From: Amoebidium appalachense
Lineage: Eukaryota > Protista > Ichthyosporea
Assembly (NCBI GenBank): GCA_963693365.1
Contig: CAVNZM010000022.1
Coordinates: 22,197 to 86,196, forward strand
Length of the DNA: 64,000 nucleotides
Direction: 5' to 3'
Each line of letters starts with the position of its first letter. The stretch's first letter is position 1. The notes beneath the pieces were generated by a model. That model was not told the origin of the DNA, did not search any database, and saw only the letters and a list, made by a program, of their open reading frames with translations. This document shows, piece after piece, positions 51,660-64,000 of this stretch. Made by a program: the position numbers and the translations under genes.

Positions 51660-53066
51660 ACCTCCTTCAGGGTGTCCACCATGTTGAGGTAGGCCTTTCT
51701 GCTTTCTCTTTCAACCGGTCGTTGAGGCCGTTGGGAAGAAGGACGGTGGGGTTGGTGAAGTACAGGTTCTCGAAGATGCAGAGCACGAAGACGATGGCCG
51801 TGGGGGGGACGACGGTGACCTCGTCGTACCTGGACTTGAGGTAGCTCTGAATGCTCCCCCTTCTCGACCCTGACTGGTGGTCAAACCAGTCAACCACCAT
51901 CTTGCCGCCGTAGGGGTGGCCGTCCTCCTCGGACACACGCCACTTGGGGCCGCACTTCACCCCCTCCACCGTGACCGGCTCCATCAGTTTTGCAAGCACA
52001 ACCCTGAGCTCGTCAACCGGAAGGCCCATAAGCTGCAGGGAGGAATGTCGAATAAGTCCACAGAATACGAGACATGTTGGTTGCAACGAAAACAACTTCA
52101 AAAGTCAATTGCAGGAAGTAATAGAGGCTAACCATAACACCCAACCAAATTACCTAATAGAGAACATTATTAGGATGGGGGGAAGAGGGGGGGGGGGGGG
52201 GGGGGTACAGGAAGTACGTAAAGTAAACATGTGACGTAACGAATGCGAATTAACTTGAATAAGTTTCTACTATCAATAAAAAAGACTGCCACTATTCAAG
52301 TTATTTTCTTTAAAAAAAAAAAAAAAAAAGGCATGATACATAAAATGTCTAGCAGTTCCCTTTCCACTATTCAAGTTATTTTCTTTAAAAAAAAAAAAAA
52401 AGGCATGATACATAAAATGTCTAGCAGTTCCCTTTACCAAAAAACATACCTGTCTGCCGTCCTTATACAACATGTCGTGGCTGATGTACGTCTTGAGCAA
52501 GGCGGTCATCCCCGCACGGCGATGACGCATGGGGCCCAGAAGCCCCTTAATGATCGGTTGGCTCAAGGTAGCGTAGGTCTTAAGCCGGCGCAGCACGTCC
52601 TTCTCCTTGAACTGGGTCTCGTGCGTTTCAAGCCAAGGCCACAGGAAAGACATGATGAGCGTGGGGGAGTTCTCAAACATGGGGTGGGGGTTGAACGTCG
52701 CCAGCTCCATAAACAGCTGGTCAGACCGTTTTATGGCCTTCACCTCCTCCAGGAGCTGTGTGTGTACGTGTGTATAGGGGAGGCATTCGAGGTGTCAGAC
52801 AAACTGTGGACCGAAATAAATAAACACCCTTACGTACACACAAGTTGGTAGGAAGAAGGCAAACAAACGTTTATACAATGTTAACACAGGATATACCAGA
52901 GTATCTGTTTAGTAACATTTTGGTAACACAATGTTATCCCTGTTAGCACTGAGGGTAACACAAGGCTTTCAATAAAATCACGAGGGCAAGGTAGGTCGAG
53001 TGGAACTCCCCTATCAGGTGTGAGGATCTAGATAAGACGAGAAGGAAACGTGTGGAGAGGTGTGGT

Positions 53067-53117
<51 letters not shown>

Positions 53118-53201
53118 ATGAAATTCGTGGAGTAAGTGCAGATAAGAGGTACTAACAAACTGGGAGGGGGAAGAATTTGTGTGTCGTGGGCAGCGGGCGC
53201 T

Positions 53202-53263
<62 letters not shown>

Positions 53264-53573
53264 ACGTACTTCTTGGTTGGTCTCGGTATCGTCGCTCTGT
53301 CGGGCCGACTTGCGCTTCAGGGACGGGGGACTCCTCGCCGCGCTTGCGTCGCTGGCTGAGCTCCTTCTGCGCCTCTAGCGCAGCCTTCCTCGAGGCCGGA
53401 AGGGCATCGTCCACGCTCTCGCTCGACGACGACTCGGAGTTAGAGCCGAAGGAGGGTTCTCTCTCTTTCCTTTTTTTATCTTTCCCATTCACGAACTTTT
53501 GTTTCTTTCTCCCTTGCTTTGCAGCTTCCTCTGCAGCCGCTGCGGCCTTTGCCTGCTTTTCCTTTTTCCCCAT
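51660..53573 (-). CDS. Probable spliced gene of unknown function (exons ~53573-53270, ~52757-52448, ~52037-51660)
   Basis: GC3-rich coding-like blocks (MGKKEKQAKAAA..., EVKAIKRSDQLFMELA..., LMGLPVDELRVVL...) separated by low-complexity GT..AG segments. Confidence 0.4.
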
Positions 53574-54292
53574 GCTTGCTGTCACACGGCGATCGGCCAC
53601 ACAGTCGTAACAAAGACAACAAAATGATACGTTTTGGTAACATAGTGTGTCCCAAAAACCGACAAGGAATGTGGTCGCGTGTCCTAGCATTTGTTTGATT
53701 GGCTTACGTTTACGGCCACATTCTAGAGGGAGGCAAACAAAGTGTGTTCTCGTTTGGGTTTAAGAAAAAACAAACAAAACCGTGGTATATCAATCGTTTA
53801 GATTACATCACCAGTCATATATGTAAAATATTCGTATTGAGCTAATGCAATACTGTATTTTTCTAACACATTATAAAAAAAACCAAACCATGAGTAAGCC
53901 AAATGACGAGCTGCCCAATGATGGTTTTTACTTGCTCAACCAATCAGTATCGTCGCATGGGCACAAAACAAACTTGCTCTCCGACGGGCGGCACGGGCCG
54001 CTCGGGCCATTAGCTGGAAGAGAAAGAAGGAAGAAACCGCTATTAATTACATACCTATTCTCAAAATATAATGCCAAAAATATTAAAGTAATAGTCTCTT
54101 CAACCATAATGAAGGCTAATTAAGAACATATGATTGTTTAACTTCGTCTATTTATGCTGATGGCGGCCGCCGCGATTAATAGCTCATCCAATCAGTATCG
54201 CGGCATTGGCAAAAAAAAATTACCAGTGCACGTGATATTTAAAGAAAAAGCCTGATCTATATGAAACATACTTTAATTCATCATAACTTAAG

Positions 54293-54331
<39 letters not shown>

Positions 54332-54467
54332 CATTTAATAACTTGCAACTTGGTGAATTCAAATATGACAACTTTAAAGCAATCGCAAAAGCGAACCTAT
54401 CACATGGCCCACATGGCAGCACAGTATGATCACGCGGGGGGGGGGGGGGGGGGGGGGGGGGGGACAT

Positions 54468-54582
<115 letters not shown>

Positions 54583-55826
54583 AAGAGAGAGAGAGCTACA
54601 GTATATCAGCTGCAGGGTGGCCGCCCATAACGGGGGGGGGGGGGGGGGGGGGGGACATCAGTGTATACATAAGTGGTAACCGATTAAATACCTCATGTAT
54701 CGCCACGTATAAACGTCCTGGTAACATCGTACAAAAATTTTATTTGTGTGTATTCCGTTGTGGTACCCCGGGATGCCATAACCCCGGGCATGTAGATCGA
54801 TACTCAAATTTCGTGCTTCCACCCTACCCTCCCCCCCCCCCCCCCCCCCCCATTGGGGTATATCATTCCAGACCCAATATACCACACTTTCCCCTCTCCC
54901 CCTTGCCTAAAACATGCCTCCCATCCACACACCACCCAGTAGCCCCCCAACACAACATGCTTATTGGGCGCTTACCTCGCGCATATCACCCCCCCCCCTA
55001 CGTGGGTAAATTTGGATATATCTCCTGAACCAAAACCGGCAACCCGTTCCGGACGGTTCTGTTGCATCCCCCAGGCGGGCACACGGCTTTGTGTATGCCC
55101 ACAGCCCTTCACCATCTCTTGCCACTGAGAAACAGATGCACGTGCCCCCCCCCCCCCCCCCCCCCCGGCCTTTACTTCCCCCCCCCCCCCCCCTCCCCCA
55201 GCCCGCCCCCCCCCCCCCCCCCCTCTTTTTCACTCTGCCGCAAAAATCAATTATCGAGCTATCCACCCTACCCCCCCCCGGTGGTTATGACATTCCAGAC
55301 CCAATATACGACACTGTCCCCCCTCCCCCTTCCCCAACACATGCCTCCCATCCACACACCACCCAGACCCCCCCCCCTACACAACGTGTTTATTGGGCGC
55401 ACACACCGCATTTCCGCGTAAAGAAACTCATCTAAATACATATCAAAGTGAGTACACATCACGATAAAAACGAATTCCAAACATATCAAATGTGTCCAAT
55501 CATAACACGTATATTAATAGACAGGAATGCATATCACGATCTATACTGATGTACTCACCGCGTCTATTGGTGAGTCATCCTACTTTGAACCAAAAACAAT
55601 AATAAAAACAAAGACAATGAATATAGCTAGCCAATCACACTACTCTCAGAAAAAAAGAAGAGAGCAAACTCAGATAAAATGCAATAAGTCCTATCAGGCA
55701 AGGGAGCCAGGTGTACACAGATCTTCAAATATCCGTGCACACAGCTGAAACAAGGATCCCGGGATCAGGCAAGGGAGTCAGGTGTGCACAGATCTACAGA
55801 TATCCGTGCACACAGAAACAAGGATC

Positions 55827-55865
<39 letters not shown>

Positions 55866-56030
55866 GGGGGGGGGGGGGGGAGAGAGCAAAAGGGAGAGAA
55901 GAGGGAGAGCACAAAGAAGAAGAGCAGACACGAATACAAAAAGGCTAAGACACACACACATACTTCAAGACTCTTGCTGTACTACGTAGTAACGTATTCC
56001 AACAGTGTGTGTGTGTGTGTGTGTTTTTTT

Positions 56031-56065
<35 letters not shown>

Positions 56066-56413
56066 CTGGGGGAGGGGCCCTGGCGGGGTGGGGGGGGGGT
56101 GTGGGGGTGAAGGTAGCTGTACGCCACAGTATGGGGTAAAAAGTATCATGATATGACGTCATGTCTGTCAGCGTGTATGGTAGTGTACGGTATGGGTGTG
56201 TGTGTGTGCGTGTGCGTGGGTGTGTGTATGTGTATCAGTGTCACCGTGAGAGTTCAGGTTCAAGGTACATGATACACAGGTTGTCACACAACTTCGTTTG
56301 TCCACGCGTACACACTACTTCTCGCATAGACTACTAGTAGTATGCAGCATTATTTTAGTTACTCAAGTATGTGTATTAAAGCTTAGCTTAGTAGTATTGC
56401 AAGGCAAACAAAG

Positions 56414-56815
56414 ATGAGGGGGTTCAAGTGCAAGACCTGCAGGAAAGAATGCCGCAGCAGACAGGGTTTTTACTCGCACATGACTTTACATGAAGTAGCT
56501 GGGTTAGGTAAAACGCGCTCTATGACACGTTCTACAGCGGTCGAAGAGGACCCTGCCAGTGATAATGAACAAGTTTTAGTGGGAGAAGAGGACGAGTTTG
56601 AAGAAGAAGCACAACCACACAGAGAACCACTTAGCGAGTTTGAACTGCGCAAACAAGCACTACTGAGACGGCAGCCATTAGGTTTCGAGGGTGGGCTTGA
56701 ACTGGCACATATGCTTGTGAATGACGAGGCTGAAACAGACTACTTGCACAACGTGCACGAGCTTGTTACGTCCATGAGGCAGGACGCGAACCACCCTTTT
56801 GATTCGGACGCAGAG
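56414..56815 (+). CDS. First exon of C2H2-finger gene, possibly a Plavaka-type transposase; likely continues after the Copia insertion (~63900-64000)
   Basis: FKCKTCRKECRSRQGFYSHMTLH, acidic linker, donor gag|gtacg; downstream cag|AALLKLLQKHGMPVAKTSKDLLKKIHQLPG. Confidence 0.4.
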
Positions 56816-57285
56816 GTACGAATCGTCCCTCCCCCTCCCCCCTCTCCCCTCCCCAGGCTCCACCGCTTCTCTCTTGCAACCATTAGATCCAATTTCTCTC
56901 AGTTAATGAAACTGGAGGTAAGCAACTTGCACACGCGCTGTTGTCTTGTTATTAGTTTAATGAAACGGGAGATAAGCAGCTTGCACACGCGCCTGTCGTC
57001 TTGTTATAGGGTTATTTCGCAACTCTGTCGTTGCATTGATGGCTGACACACACACACACCCACACGCACAAACACACACACCCACGCACACACACACACA
57101 CACACACACGCATGCACACACACGCACGCACGCACACACCCACACACGCGCGCGCGCGTGCACACACACACACGCACGCACGCACGCACGCAAGCACACA
57201 CACACACACACGCGCGCGCGCGAATGGGCACATACACACACACACACACACGTGCACACACACACGCACGCACGCTCACATACAC

Positions 57286-57993
57286 TTTTATTTTGTGTGG
57301 GTAAACGGAGAAGCAGAGAGCACAGATGGGTGTTATGTAAAACACAACACAAAGACACACGGGAAAAACACAACCGGAGAGGAGGAACGATTTCTGGAAC
57401 CATAGGAAGTGAATACGACTGCTTGTGATTTATTTCAAGATGAGGTCCCTTTTATACTTGGGAATGTGAAACGATAAACCAATCAAAAGAATGAAAACTA
57501 TGAGTGTAAAATATATCGAATAAAATGTCTGTCGACATTTAGAATATAAAACTCAATCCTCTAATGAAAGAAACTTCTAATAAAAGCACGGAAACATTTA
57601 ATAAAATGAAACCACTTATGTAACTATTAATTCATAACATATATTTATACATGTTCTTATCATAACACGTCTAAATATAATTTTTTCTAATAGTTGAAGA
57701 ACATAGCACAATGCTACGTCGTGGGAAAGGAATGAGAAAGGAATGTAAGTTACTATATTTGGGAAAATACAAACGAGATATGATTGGATGACATATATAG
57801 ATTTTGACGCAAACGACAATACGTGTGCGCGAGCTAAGTATGTCGATACGTACACAGATCTAAGATGTCGTGTACACGGAAACGGAAAAGAAAGAAAGAA
57901 ATGAAGAAAGGAAAAGGAAACAAACTACAACAACTAATAAATAAATACCAAACTCAACTTCTAAGTCTTGCTGAGAATTAAGTGAAGATGACA
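57286..57993 (-). repeat. 3' LTR (708 bp)
   Basis: No difference noticed from 62980-63687. Confidence 0.95.
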
Positions 57994-58474
57994 TCCCCAC
58001 TCAAGGGTTGGAAGTTGGGTTCTCGTGAAGTTTGTTGATGTGACTGTTGATGTTAAGACTTTCACACATGTAGAAGTAGGTGCCGTGAAGTCACAGTCAA
58101 GTTTCCCCACTCGAGAAGACAATGGAGAAGACTTGAAGGTGCAAGCCGGGGAAGAAAACCAAAACGGAAGAAGCACACAACGACGGTTGCCTCTGAAGAC
58201 TCGGAAGATGACGGTAGCCAATGACGTGATATATAAATATATATAGAAGAAACAACTAGTGTATGTGTGACGTGTTGGTGGCTAATGATAAATACATTAT
58301 ATATATGGTGGTATATAAATAAACGACGGATGGTGGAGAAGAAATCCCCACTGAAGATGCACACACTGAAGATCGATGAAGACAGCAGTAGACTTTCGTT
58401 GGGAGGTGTCTCTACACGGTGATGTGTAGACCACTGGCCAGGGCCCCAACCTACTTGAAGACCACTGTAGATGA

Positions 58475-58536
<62 letters not shown>

Positions 58537-58537
58537 C

Positions 58538-60400
58538 TCAGTCACGAAGACTGAGTGAATCACGGTGTTGCTCGTGGGAGGGCCCGGGCAGGGGCTTGGT
58601 GAAGATGTCAGCCACGTTGTCTTTGCTGGACACGTAGGTGACGACCACATCCCCACTCTTGATGTAGTCCTTCGTGTTGTGGTAACGGACTGCAATGTGT
58701 TTGGTCCGGTGCTTGATGCTGTTGGTGTGCAGGAGGGCAATGGTGGACTGGTTGTCACAGTAGACGGGGGTGGGGTCGGTCATCGGGTAGCCGAGTTCAC
58801 GGAGGAGATCACGGTGCCAGATGACGTTTTGAACAGCAGCATTGATGGCCAGAAGCTCAGCCTCGGTGGTGGATGTTGCCGTGATGGACTGCAGCTTCGA
58901 ATACCATGTGATGGGTATGCCCTTGAAGAAGATGACGTATCCGGTGGTTGAACGACGGGTGTTGGGGCAGTTGGCAAAGTCAGCATCAGAATAACACTCC
59001 AGCAAGGGGGTGTTGTCGTCGGAAGCAGACTTGTCGTAGTGAAGGCCGAGGTTGGAAGTGCCGATGAGGTACCGAACTACACGGAGTAGACATTCCCATG
59101 CAAGTTTGGTGGGGTTGGCACTGAATCTACCGAGGTAGCCGATGGCAAAGGAGATGTCGGGCCGGGAACAACGAGCAACCCACAAAAGACGGCCGAGTAG
59201 TTCACGGTAGGGAACCTTGATGGGTGGTGAGTCGTTCTCGTTGATGGTGATGACGGTGCCGACGGGAATGGGAGTAGCCTTGGGGTGAGCATCGTTGAGG
59301 TTGAAGTCTCTGACGATGTCGTTGATGTAGGATTGCTGAAGCAGCTTGAGGTGACCGGGGGTGTGGATGAGCTGGGTGCCAAGGAAGATGTCGGGAAGGT
59401 CAACCTTGCAGAGAACTGACTTCATGATGTGGTCTACTAGATCCTTGGTGTGGGAGGAGTTGGCCGTGCAGATGATGATGACGTCGTCCACATAGTTGCC
59501 AGTGAGGATGATGTCACCGTTGGGGAAGGTCTTGATGTAGACACATGGATCTGAACGGAGACGTTCGAGACCGTGAGCAAGGAGGACCTTGTCGAAGTAC
59601 TCATACCAGGCCAGTGATGCTTGCTTGAGCCCGTAGAGTGCCTTCTTAAGTTTCCAGACCTTGTGTTCGTTGCCGGGGGTGATGAAGCCAGGTGGTGGCT
59701 CAATGGAGATGTCTTCTTGAAGAGGACTGTTGAGGAAGGCAGTTGAGACGTCGAGTTGATGAATCTCATGGTTGCCGTCCACACCGATGGCAAGGAGGGC
59801 ACGGACGGAGGAGGACATCACCACGGGGGAAGAGGTGTCACCGTAGTCAACACCGTAGACTTGAGTGAAGCCCTTTGCAACACCACGAGCTTTGATCTTG
59901 GTGTCACCGGCTGAGTTGAGGACTTTCTCAGTCACAATCCACTTGAACTTGATGATGTTGGCACCAGGGGGGGGATCAACAATGGTGAAGACATCCTTGG
60001 TGATGAAGGCTTGGTACTCGGAGGTGAGGGCAGCTATGACGGCATCACCGTTGGGACCGTTGCAAAGCTTTTGAATGCCCTTGGGGAGCTGGTCAATGTT
60101 GATGGTCGGTGCTACGATGCTGACCAGTGCCGTTGGAGTCTTGGTGAGACGTGTAGACCGACGAAGGTTGGGCTTGGGGGGGTCCTTGAGGGGGGTGGTG
60201 GCCGGGTAGGTGGTGGAGGCCGGGATAGGGGCATGGAAGCCAGGAATAGGACCGGTGGTGAGGGGGGCATCGGTGTCCACAGGGCTGCTCGTGGCCGAGT
60301 GGAAGGTGGGGGACCCAGGACGAACCGGAGTCATGTAGCCGGGTTGATGCACAGCAACGGGGGGGGCCGGCAGCAAGGGTTGTTGGTCAGTGGGGGGGGG
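58538..60400 (-). CDS. Copia pol 3' part: reverse transcriptase and RNase H
   Basis: KARGVAKGFTQ..GVDY, QLDVSTAFLN, KALYGLKQA, YVDD, SRPDI, YSDAD, STTEAE, ADIFTKPL. Confidence 0.95.
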   Translation of the reverse strand, partial: PPPTDQQPLLPAPPVAVHQPGYMTPVRPGSPTFHSATSSPVDTDAPLTTGPIPGFHAPIPASTTYPATTPLKDPPKPNLRRSTRLTKTPTALVSIVAPTINIDQLPKGIQKLCNGPNGDAVIAALTSEYQAFITKDVFTIVDPPPGANIIKFKWIVTEKVLNSAGDTKIKARGVAKGFTQVYGVDYGDTSSPVVMSSSVRALLAIGVDGNHEIHQLDVSTAFLNSPLQEDISIEPPPGFITPGNEHKVWKLKKALYGLKQASLAWYEYFDKVLLAHGLERLRSDPCVYIKTFPNGDIILTGNYVDDVIIICTANSSHTKDLVDHIMKSVLCKVDLPDIFLGTQLIHTPGHLKLLQQSYINDIVRDFNLNDAHPKATPIPVGTVITINENDSPPIKVPYRELLGRLLWVARCSRPDISFAIGYLGRFSANPTKLAWECLLRVVRYLIGTSNLGLHYDKSASDDNTPLLECYSDADFANCPNTRRSTTGYVIFFKGIPITWYSKLQSITATSTTEAELLAINAAVQNVIWHRDLLRELGYPMTDPTPVYCDNQSTIALLHTNSIKHRTKHIAVRYHNTKDYIKSGDVVVTYVSSKDNVADIFTKPLPGPSHEQHRDSLSLRD

Positions 60401-62903
60401 GGCTCGGGGGAGGCACGGGTTCAACCGGGGCTGGTTGGTTGTGCCAGGACGGTTGGGAGATGACCACAGACGGAGTTTCATCGTCGTCGTCGGAGGGGGG
60501 GTCCAATGTCGGCAGATCGGGTTTGGGGGGAACGGAGACCTGATTGGTGCTGCCCGTGAATTTCGACTCGTCGAAGATCACATCACGGCAGATCTTGATT
60601 TGGTTGCTGGCAAGGTCGAGGATCTTGTGTGCCTTGGAGGGTAGGTCCCAGCCGACGTAGGTGCCGACTCTGACGGTTGATGCCAGCTTGTTCCTCTTTG
60701 ACCGGGGAACATGGACATAGGCAGGGGAGCCGAACACGTGGAGCTGGGAGACGTCGGGTTTGAAGCCGTGGAAGGCCTCGAAGGGAGTGTTGCCGTTGGC
60801 AGCAGATGACGGTGTGACGTTGATGATGTAGCTTGTATGCTTGAGAGCAGCAACCCACAACTTGGGAGAGAGAGGTTGGTCCTTGTCGGCATGGAGGAAG
60901 CAACGGACTGTCTCTTGCAGTTCTCTCATCTTCCGTTCAACAACACCATTGTGTTGTGGTGTGTCGACGGGGGCAAACTCCATGATGATGCCTTTCTGCT
61001 TGCAGTAGGCCTCGGTGTCCTTGGAGGTGAACTCAGAGCCGGAGTCAAACCGAAGATGGGTGACGATCTCAGGTGTCTGACGTTCGATGGTTTCAACGAG
61101 AGACTGAATGTGGCTGAGGGTTTCACCACGGTTGTAAAGGGGGAACACGGTGGTGTAACCGGTGGCATCACAAACACACACCAGAGCAACCTTGTAGCCT
61201 CCGTAGGAAGCACAGGGAGCTTCGAAGAAGTCCAGGTGCCACTTAGCACCGGGAATGGTGAACTTGGAACGGGTGCCGGGAAAGGGGGCCTTGGTGGTCT
61301 TGCCAGACATGCAGCCGAAGCAGTCACTGTTGTCGGGTGACTTGAGGGAGGGGGGCATGCCGATGACAAGCTCATCCTTGGCCATCCTGGTGACGGTGGA
61401 GAGGGCACGGTGGCCGAGACGGTTGTGCCAAAGGGTGAGGTCGTCGGGTGGTTGAGTCCTTGCTGTGTAGGCTTGGACCCCCGGGTGTTTAGGAGTCTCA
61501 ATCACATAGTCAGTGATGTAGTAGAGACCGTCGAGGGGGGTGAGATCTGTAATAATGTCACCATTACGGCTGTAGAGGAACGACGGGTGGTTGTCTGTAT
61601 CGTCACAATGACCTAGGAGGCCGGCAGCTGATGCCATGGAGGTAGACACGAGGAAAGACGGTGCCTCGGGTACGTAGTAAGCATTGATGCTGCACGGTGT
61701 TGGGTGGCCGTTGTAGTGCAGTGTCATGTTGATGATGCCACGTTGTTTGGCATTGACTGTGCCGAGGCCGTGAATGGGGGTGGGAGGACACGGGGTAAGG
61801 GAGGAGAAATACTCCTTGATGGGGCAGACGTGTGCATTACAAGCACTGTCCCAGACGGGGTCGTTACTGTCAGGTGTGCCGGTGGAGGAGATGAGAGCAA
61901 ATTTCACACTCTTGTCACCTTTCTCCTGCTTGGCACGACGAGCAACTGTGCAGCCAGGCTCCGGGCATGCTGTGATGTGGTGGGGCTCATGGCAGTAGGA
62001 ACACTTCACACTGTTGGTGTTGTGCTGTCGGTTACGGTTGTCCCTGTTACCACGGTGGTAAGGGGAAGTTGAACGGGGGCCGGGTGACTTGGAGGGAGGA
62101 CGAGGATCACGGGAACGGGACGGGGAACGGTGAGGTGTATGCTCACGTCGAGGAATACGGTTACGGAGGTCACCGGGGGGAAGCACTCTGCTCTGGAGTG
62201 CACGGAGGGGACGGTTGTTGACGGTTGCACCTGTGCCTGCGTCGATGAGGCCGGCACGGATTTCAGCTCCTCGGATGTCACTGATGAGCATGTTGAAGGA
62301 CGGGTAGGCCTTGTTGTTCATCCAGTAGTCGGAGCAGAGACGTTCAATGTCGGGGCAGACCAGGGCTGTGTTCTTCCGGATGTGGAGGAAGAACTTACGT
62401 ACGACATCCTTGTGCTGGACGGGTTCGTCGAGGCAGGCAAGTGTCGTAGCCAGACGTTGGAGACGGGTGAGGTATGCTGTGACGTTGGGGTAGTCTCGTA
62501 GTTCAAGCTCCTCGAAGGTGACTTGAATCTGGGTGACTCGGGCCTCCTTCTCTGCTACATACGCCATACGTAGGTTGTGGAAGACTTCACCACCGTGGAC
62601 ACCGTCTTGCATCCGGCCGGAGTCGTAGAGCTCGGTCGGGTGGACGGACTGGTTGAGGATCTGGTCGAGGACGTCGGAAGCTTTCTTGTAGGAGTCCTTG
62701 GTGGTGTAGCCTAGCCACTGGTTGGCTTCAGCGCCGTCAACCCACTGTGGCCTCTTGATAGCGTCAACGAATTTCTCGGCAATGGTGGTTCTAATGAACC
62801 GGTGAATGAGTGGCTCCCACTCGAAATAATTAAGACGTTTCTCGTCTCGTTTCTCGGACGGATTCCATATTGGAAGGTTGATATACGACGGTTTGTCAGT
62901 CAT
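60387..62903 (-). CDS. Copia gag-protease-integrase; probably one ORF with RT, broken at poly-G ~60392-60403
   Basis: CSYC...HH....C knuckle, WDSAC protease, LWHNRLGH, C..C..GK, RFDSGSEF, PQHNGVVER, RDVIFDE. Confidence 0.95.
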   Translation of the reverse strand: MTDKPSYINLPIWNPSEKRDEKRLNYFEWEPLIHRFIRTTIAEKFVDAIKRPQWVDGAEANQWLGYTTKDSYKKASDVLDQILNQSVHPTELYDSGRMQDGVHGGEVFHNLRMAYVAEKEARVTQIQVTFEELELRDYPNVTAYLTRLQRLATTLACLDEPVQHKDVVRKFFLHIRKNTALVCPDIERLCSDYWMNNKAYPSFNMLISDIRGAEIRAGLIDAGTGATVNNRPLRALQSRVLPPGDLRNRIPRREHTPHRSPSRSRDPRPPSKSPGPRSTSPYHRGNRDNRNRQHNTNSVKCSYCHEPHHITACPEPGCTVARRAKQEKGDKSVKFALISSTGTPDSNDPVWDSACNAHVCPIKEYFSSLTPCPPTPIHGLGTVNAKQRGIINMTLHYNGHPTPCSINAYYVPEAPSFLVSTSMASAAGLLGHCDDTDNHPSFLYSRNGDIITDLTPLDGLYYITDYVIETPKHPGVQAYTARTQPPDDLTLWHNRLGHRALSTVTRMAKDELVIGMPPSLKSPDNSDCFGCMSGKTTKAPFPGTRSKFTIPGAKWHLDFFEAPCASYGGYKVALVCVCDATGYTTVFPLYNRGETLSHIQSLVETIERQTPEIVTHLRFDSGSEFTSKDTEAYCKQKGIIMEFAPVDTPQHNGVVERKMRELQETVRCFLHADKDQPLSPKLWVAALKHTSYIINVTPSSAANGNTPFEAFHGFKPDVSQLHVFGSPAYVHVPRSKRNKLASTVRVGTYVGWDLPSKAHKILDLASNQIKICRDVIFDESKFTGSTNQVSVPPKPDLPTLDPPSDDDDETPSVVISQPSWHNQPAPVEPVPPPSPPPH

Positions 62904-62979
62904 GATTGAAGCAGTAAGACTGAGAGATTTTCGCGGTTGTAGCGAGATTGTGTGTTAGCGTGCAAAGGGGCCGTAAACC

Positions 62980-63687
62980 TTTTATTTTGTGTGGGTAAAC
63001 GGAGAAGCAGAGAGCACAGATGGGTGTTATGTAAAACACAACACAAAGACACACGGGAAAAACACAACCGGAGAGGAGGAACGATTTCTGGAACCATAGG
63101 AAGTGAATACGACTGCTTGTGATTTATTTCAAGATGAGGTCCCTTTTATACTTGGGAATGTGAAACGATAAACCAATCAAAAGAATGAAAACTATGAGTG
63201 TAAAATATATCGAATAAAATGTCTGTCGACATTTAGAATATAAAACTCAATCCTCTAATGAAAGAAACTTCTAATAAAAGCACGGAAACATTTAATAAAA
63301 TGAAACCACTTATGTAACTATTAATTCATAACATATATTTATACATGTTCTTATCATAACACGTCTAAATATAATTTTTTCTAATAGTTGAAGAACATAG
63401 CACAATGCTACGTCGTGGGAAAGGAATGAGAAAGGAATGTAAGTTACTATATTTGGGAAAATACAAACGAGATATGATTGGATGACATATATAGATTTTG
63501 ACGCAAACGACAATACGTGTGCGCGAGCTAAGTATGTCGATACGTACACAGATCTAAGATGTCGTGTACACGGAAACGGAAAAGAAAGAAAGAAATGAAG
63601 AAAGGAAAAGGAAACAAACTACAACAACTAATAAATAAATACCAAACTCAACTTCTAAGTCTTGCTGAGAATTAAGTGAAGATGACA
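62980..63687 (-). repeat. 5' LTR (708 bp)
   Basis: Begins TGTCATC, ends ATAAAA, followed by PBS. Confidence 0.95.
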
Positions 63688-64000
63688 TACACCCGCACCC
63701 GCACACACACACACGCGCACACGCACACGCACACACACACATCCACCCACCCACACACCCACACCCACACACACACTCACCCCCGCAAGCACGCACACAC
63801 ACACACCCGCACCTACACACACATGCGCGCGCACGCACACACGCTCACACACACACAGGCTGCCCTCGCCCACTATTTTGCAGACACCCACTTGTCGCAG
63901 GCTGCGCTGCTAAAGTTGCTTCAGAAGCACGGCATGCCAGTCGCAAAAACGAGCAAGGACCTCTTGAAAAAGATTCACCAGCTGCCTGGAATTGTAGGAG

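Larger units (their letters stand above)
57286..63687 (-). mobile_element. Full-length Ty1/Copia LTR retrotransposon
   Basis: Two 708-bp LTRs, TSD TACAC (57281-85, 63688-92), PBS ggtttacggcccc, PPT tgagtgggga, gag-PR-IN-RT-RH order. Confidence 0.96.

Overview
Eukaryotic genomic window with two compartments. (1) About 1-40.3 kb is gene-dense and intronless and looks like an endogenised large dsDNA virus (Nucleocytoviricota-like). It encodes a D5-type SF3 helicase, a YqaJ exonuclease, a KilA-N/T5orf172 protein, a DUF5760-like protein, two C5 DNA methyltransferases, a Z1-type SF2 helicase-like protein, Fic, patatin, two AAA+ ATPases, MYND and C2H2 zinc fingers, HNH-AP2 and orphans. It is punctuated by tandem arrays and CCAAT-rich intergenic DNA. 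No capsid, PolB or packaging ATPase was recognised in the window. (2) About 40.4-64 kb is host-like, microsatellite-rich DNA with a MITE, a Copia-LTR/DIRS mosaic, probable spliced genes and a full-length recent Ty1/Copia element (57286-63687, TSD TACAC). The most striking signal is a tandemly duplicated convergent methyltransferase / Z1-helicase locus. The adjacent 3' ends of both genes differ between the copies while the flanks are nearly identical, suggesting a restriction-modification-like system with a swappable two-gene specificity cassette. All family calls come from motif recognition by eye, not database searches. Several frameshifts and homopolymer tracts look like long-read errors.
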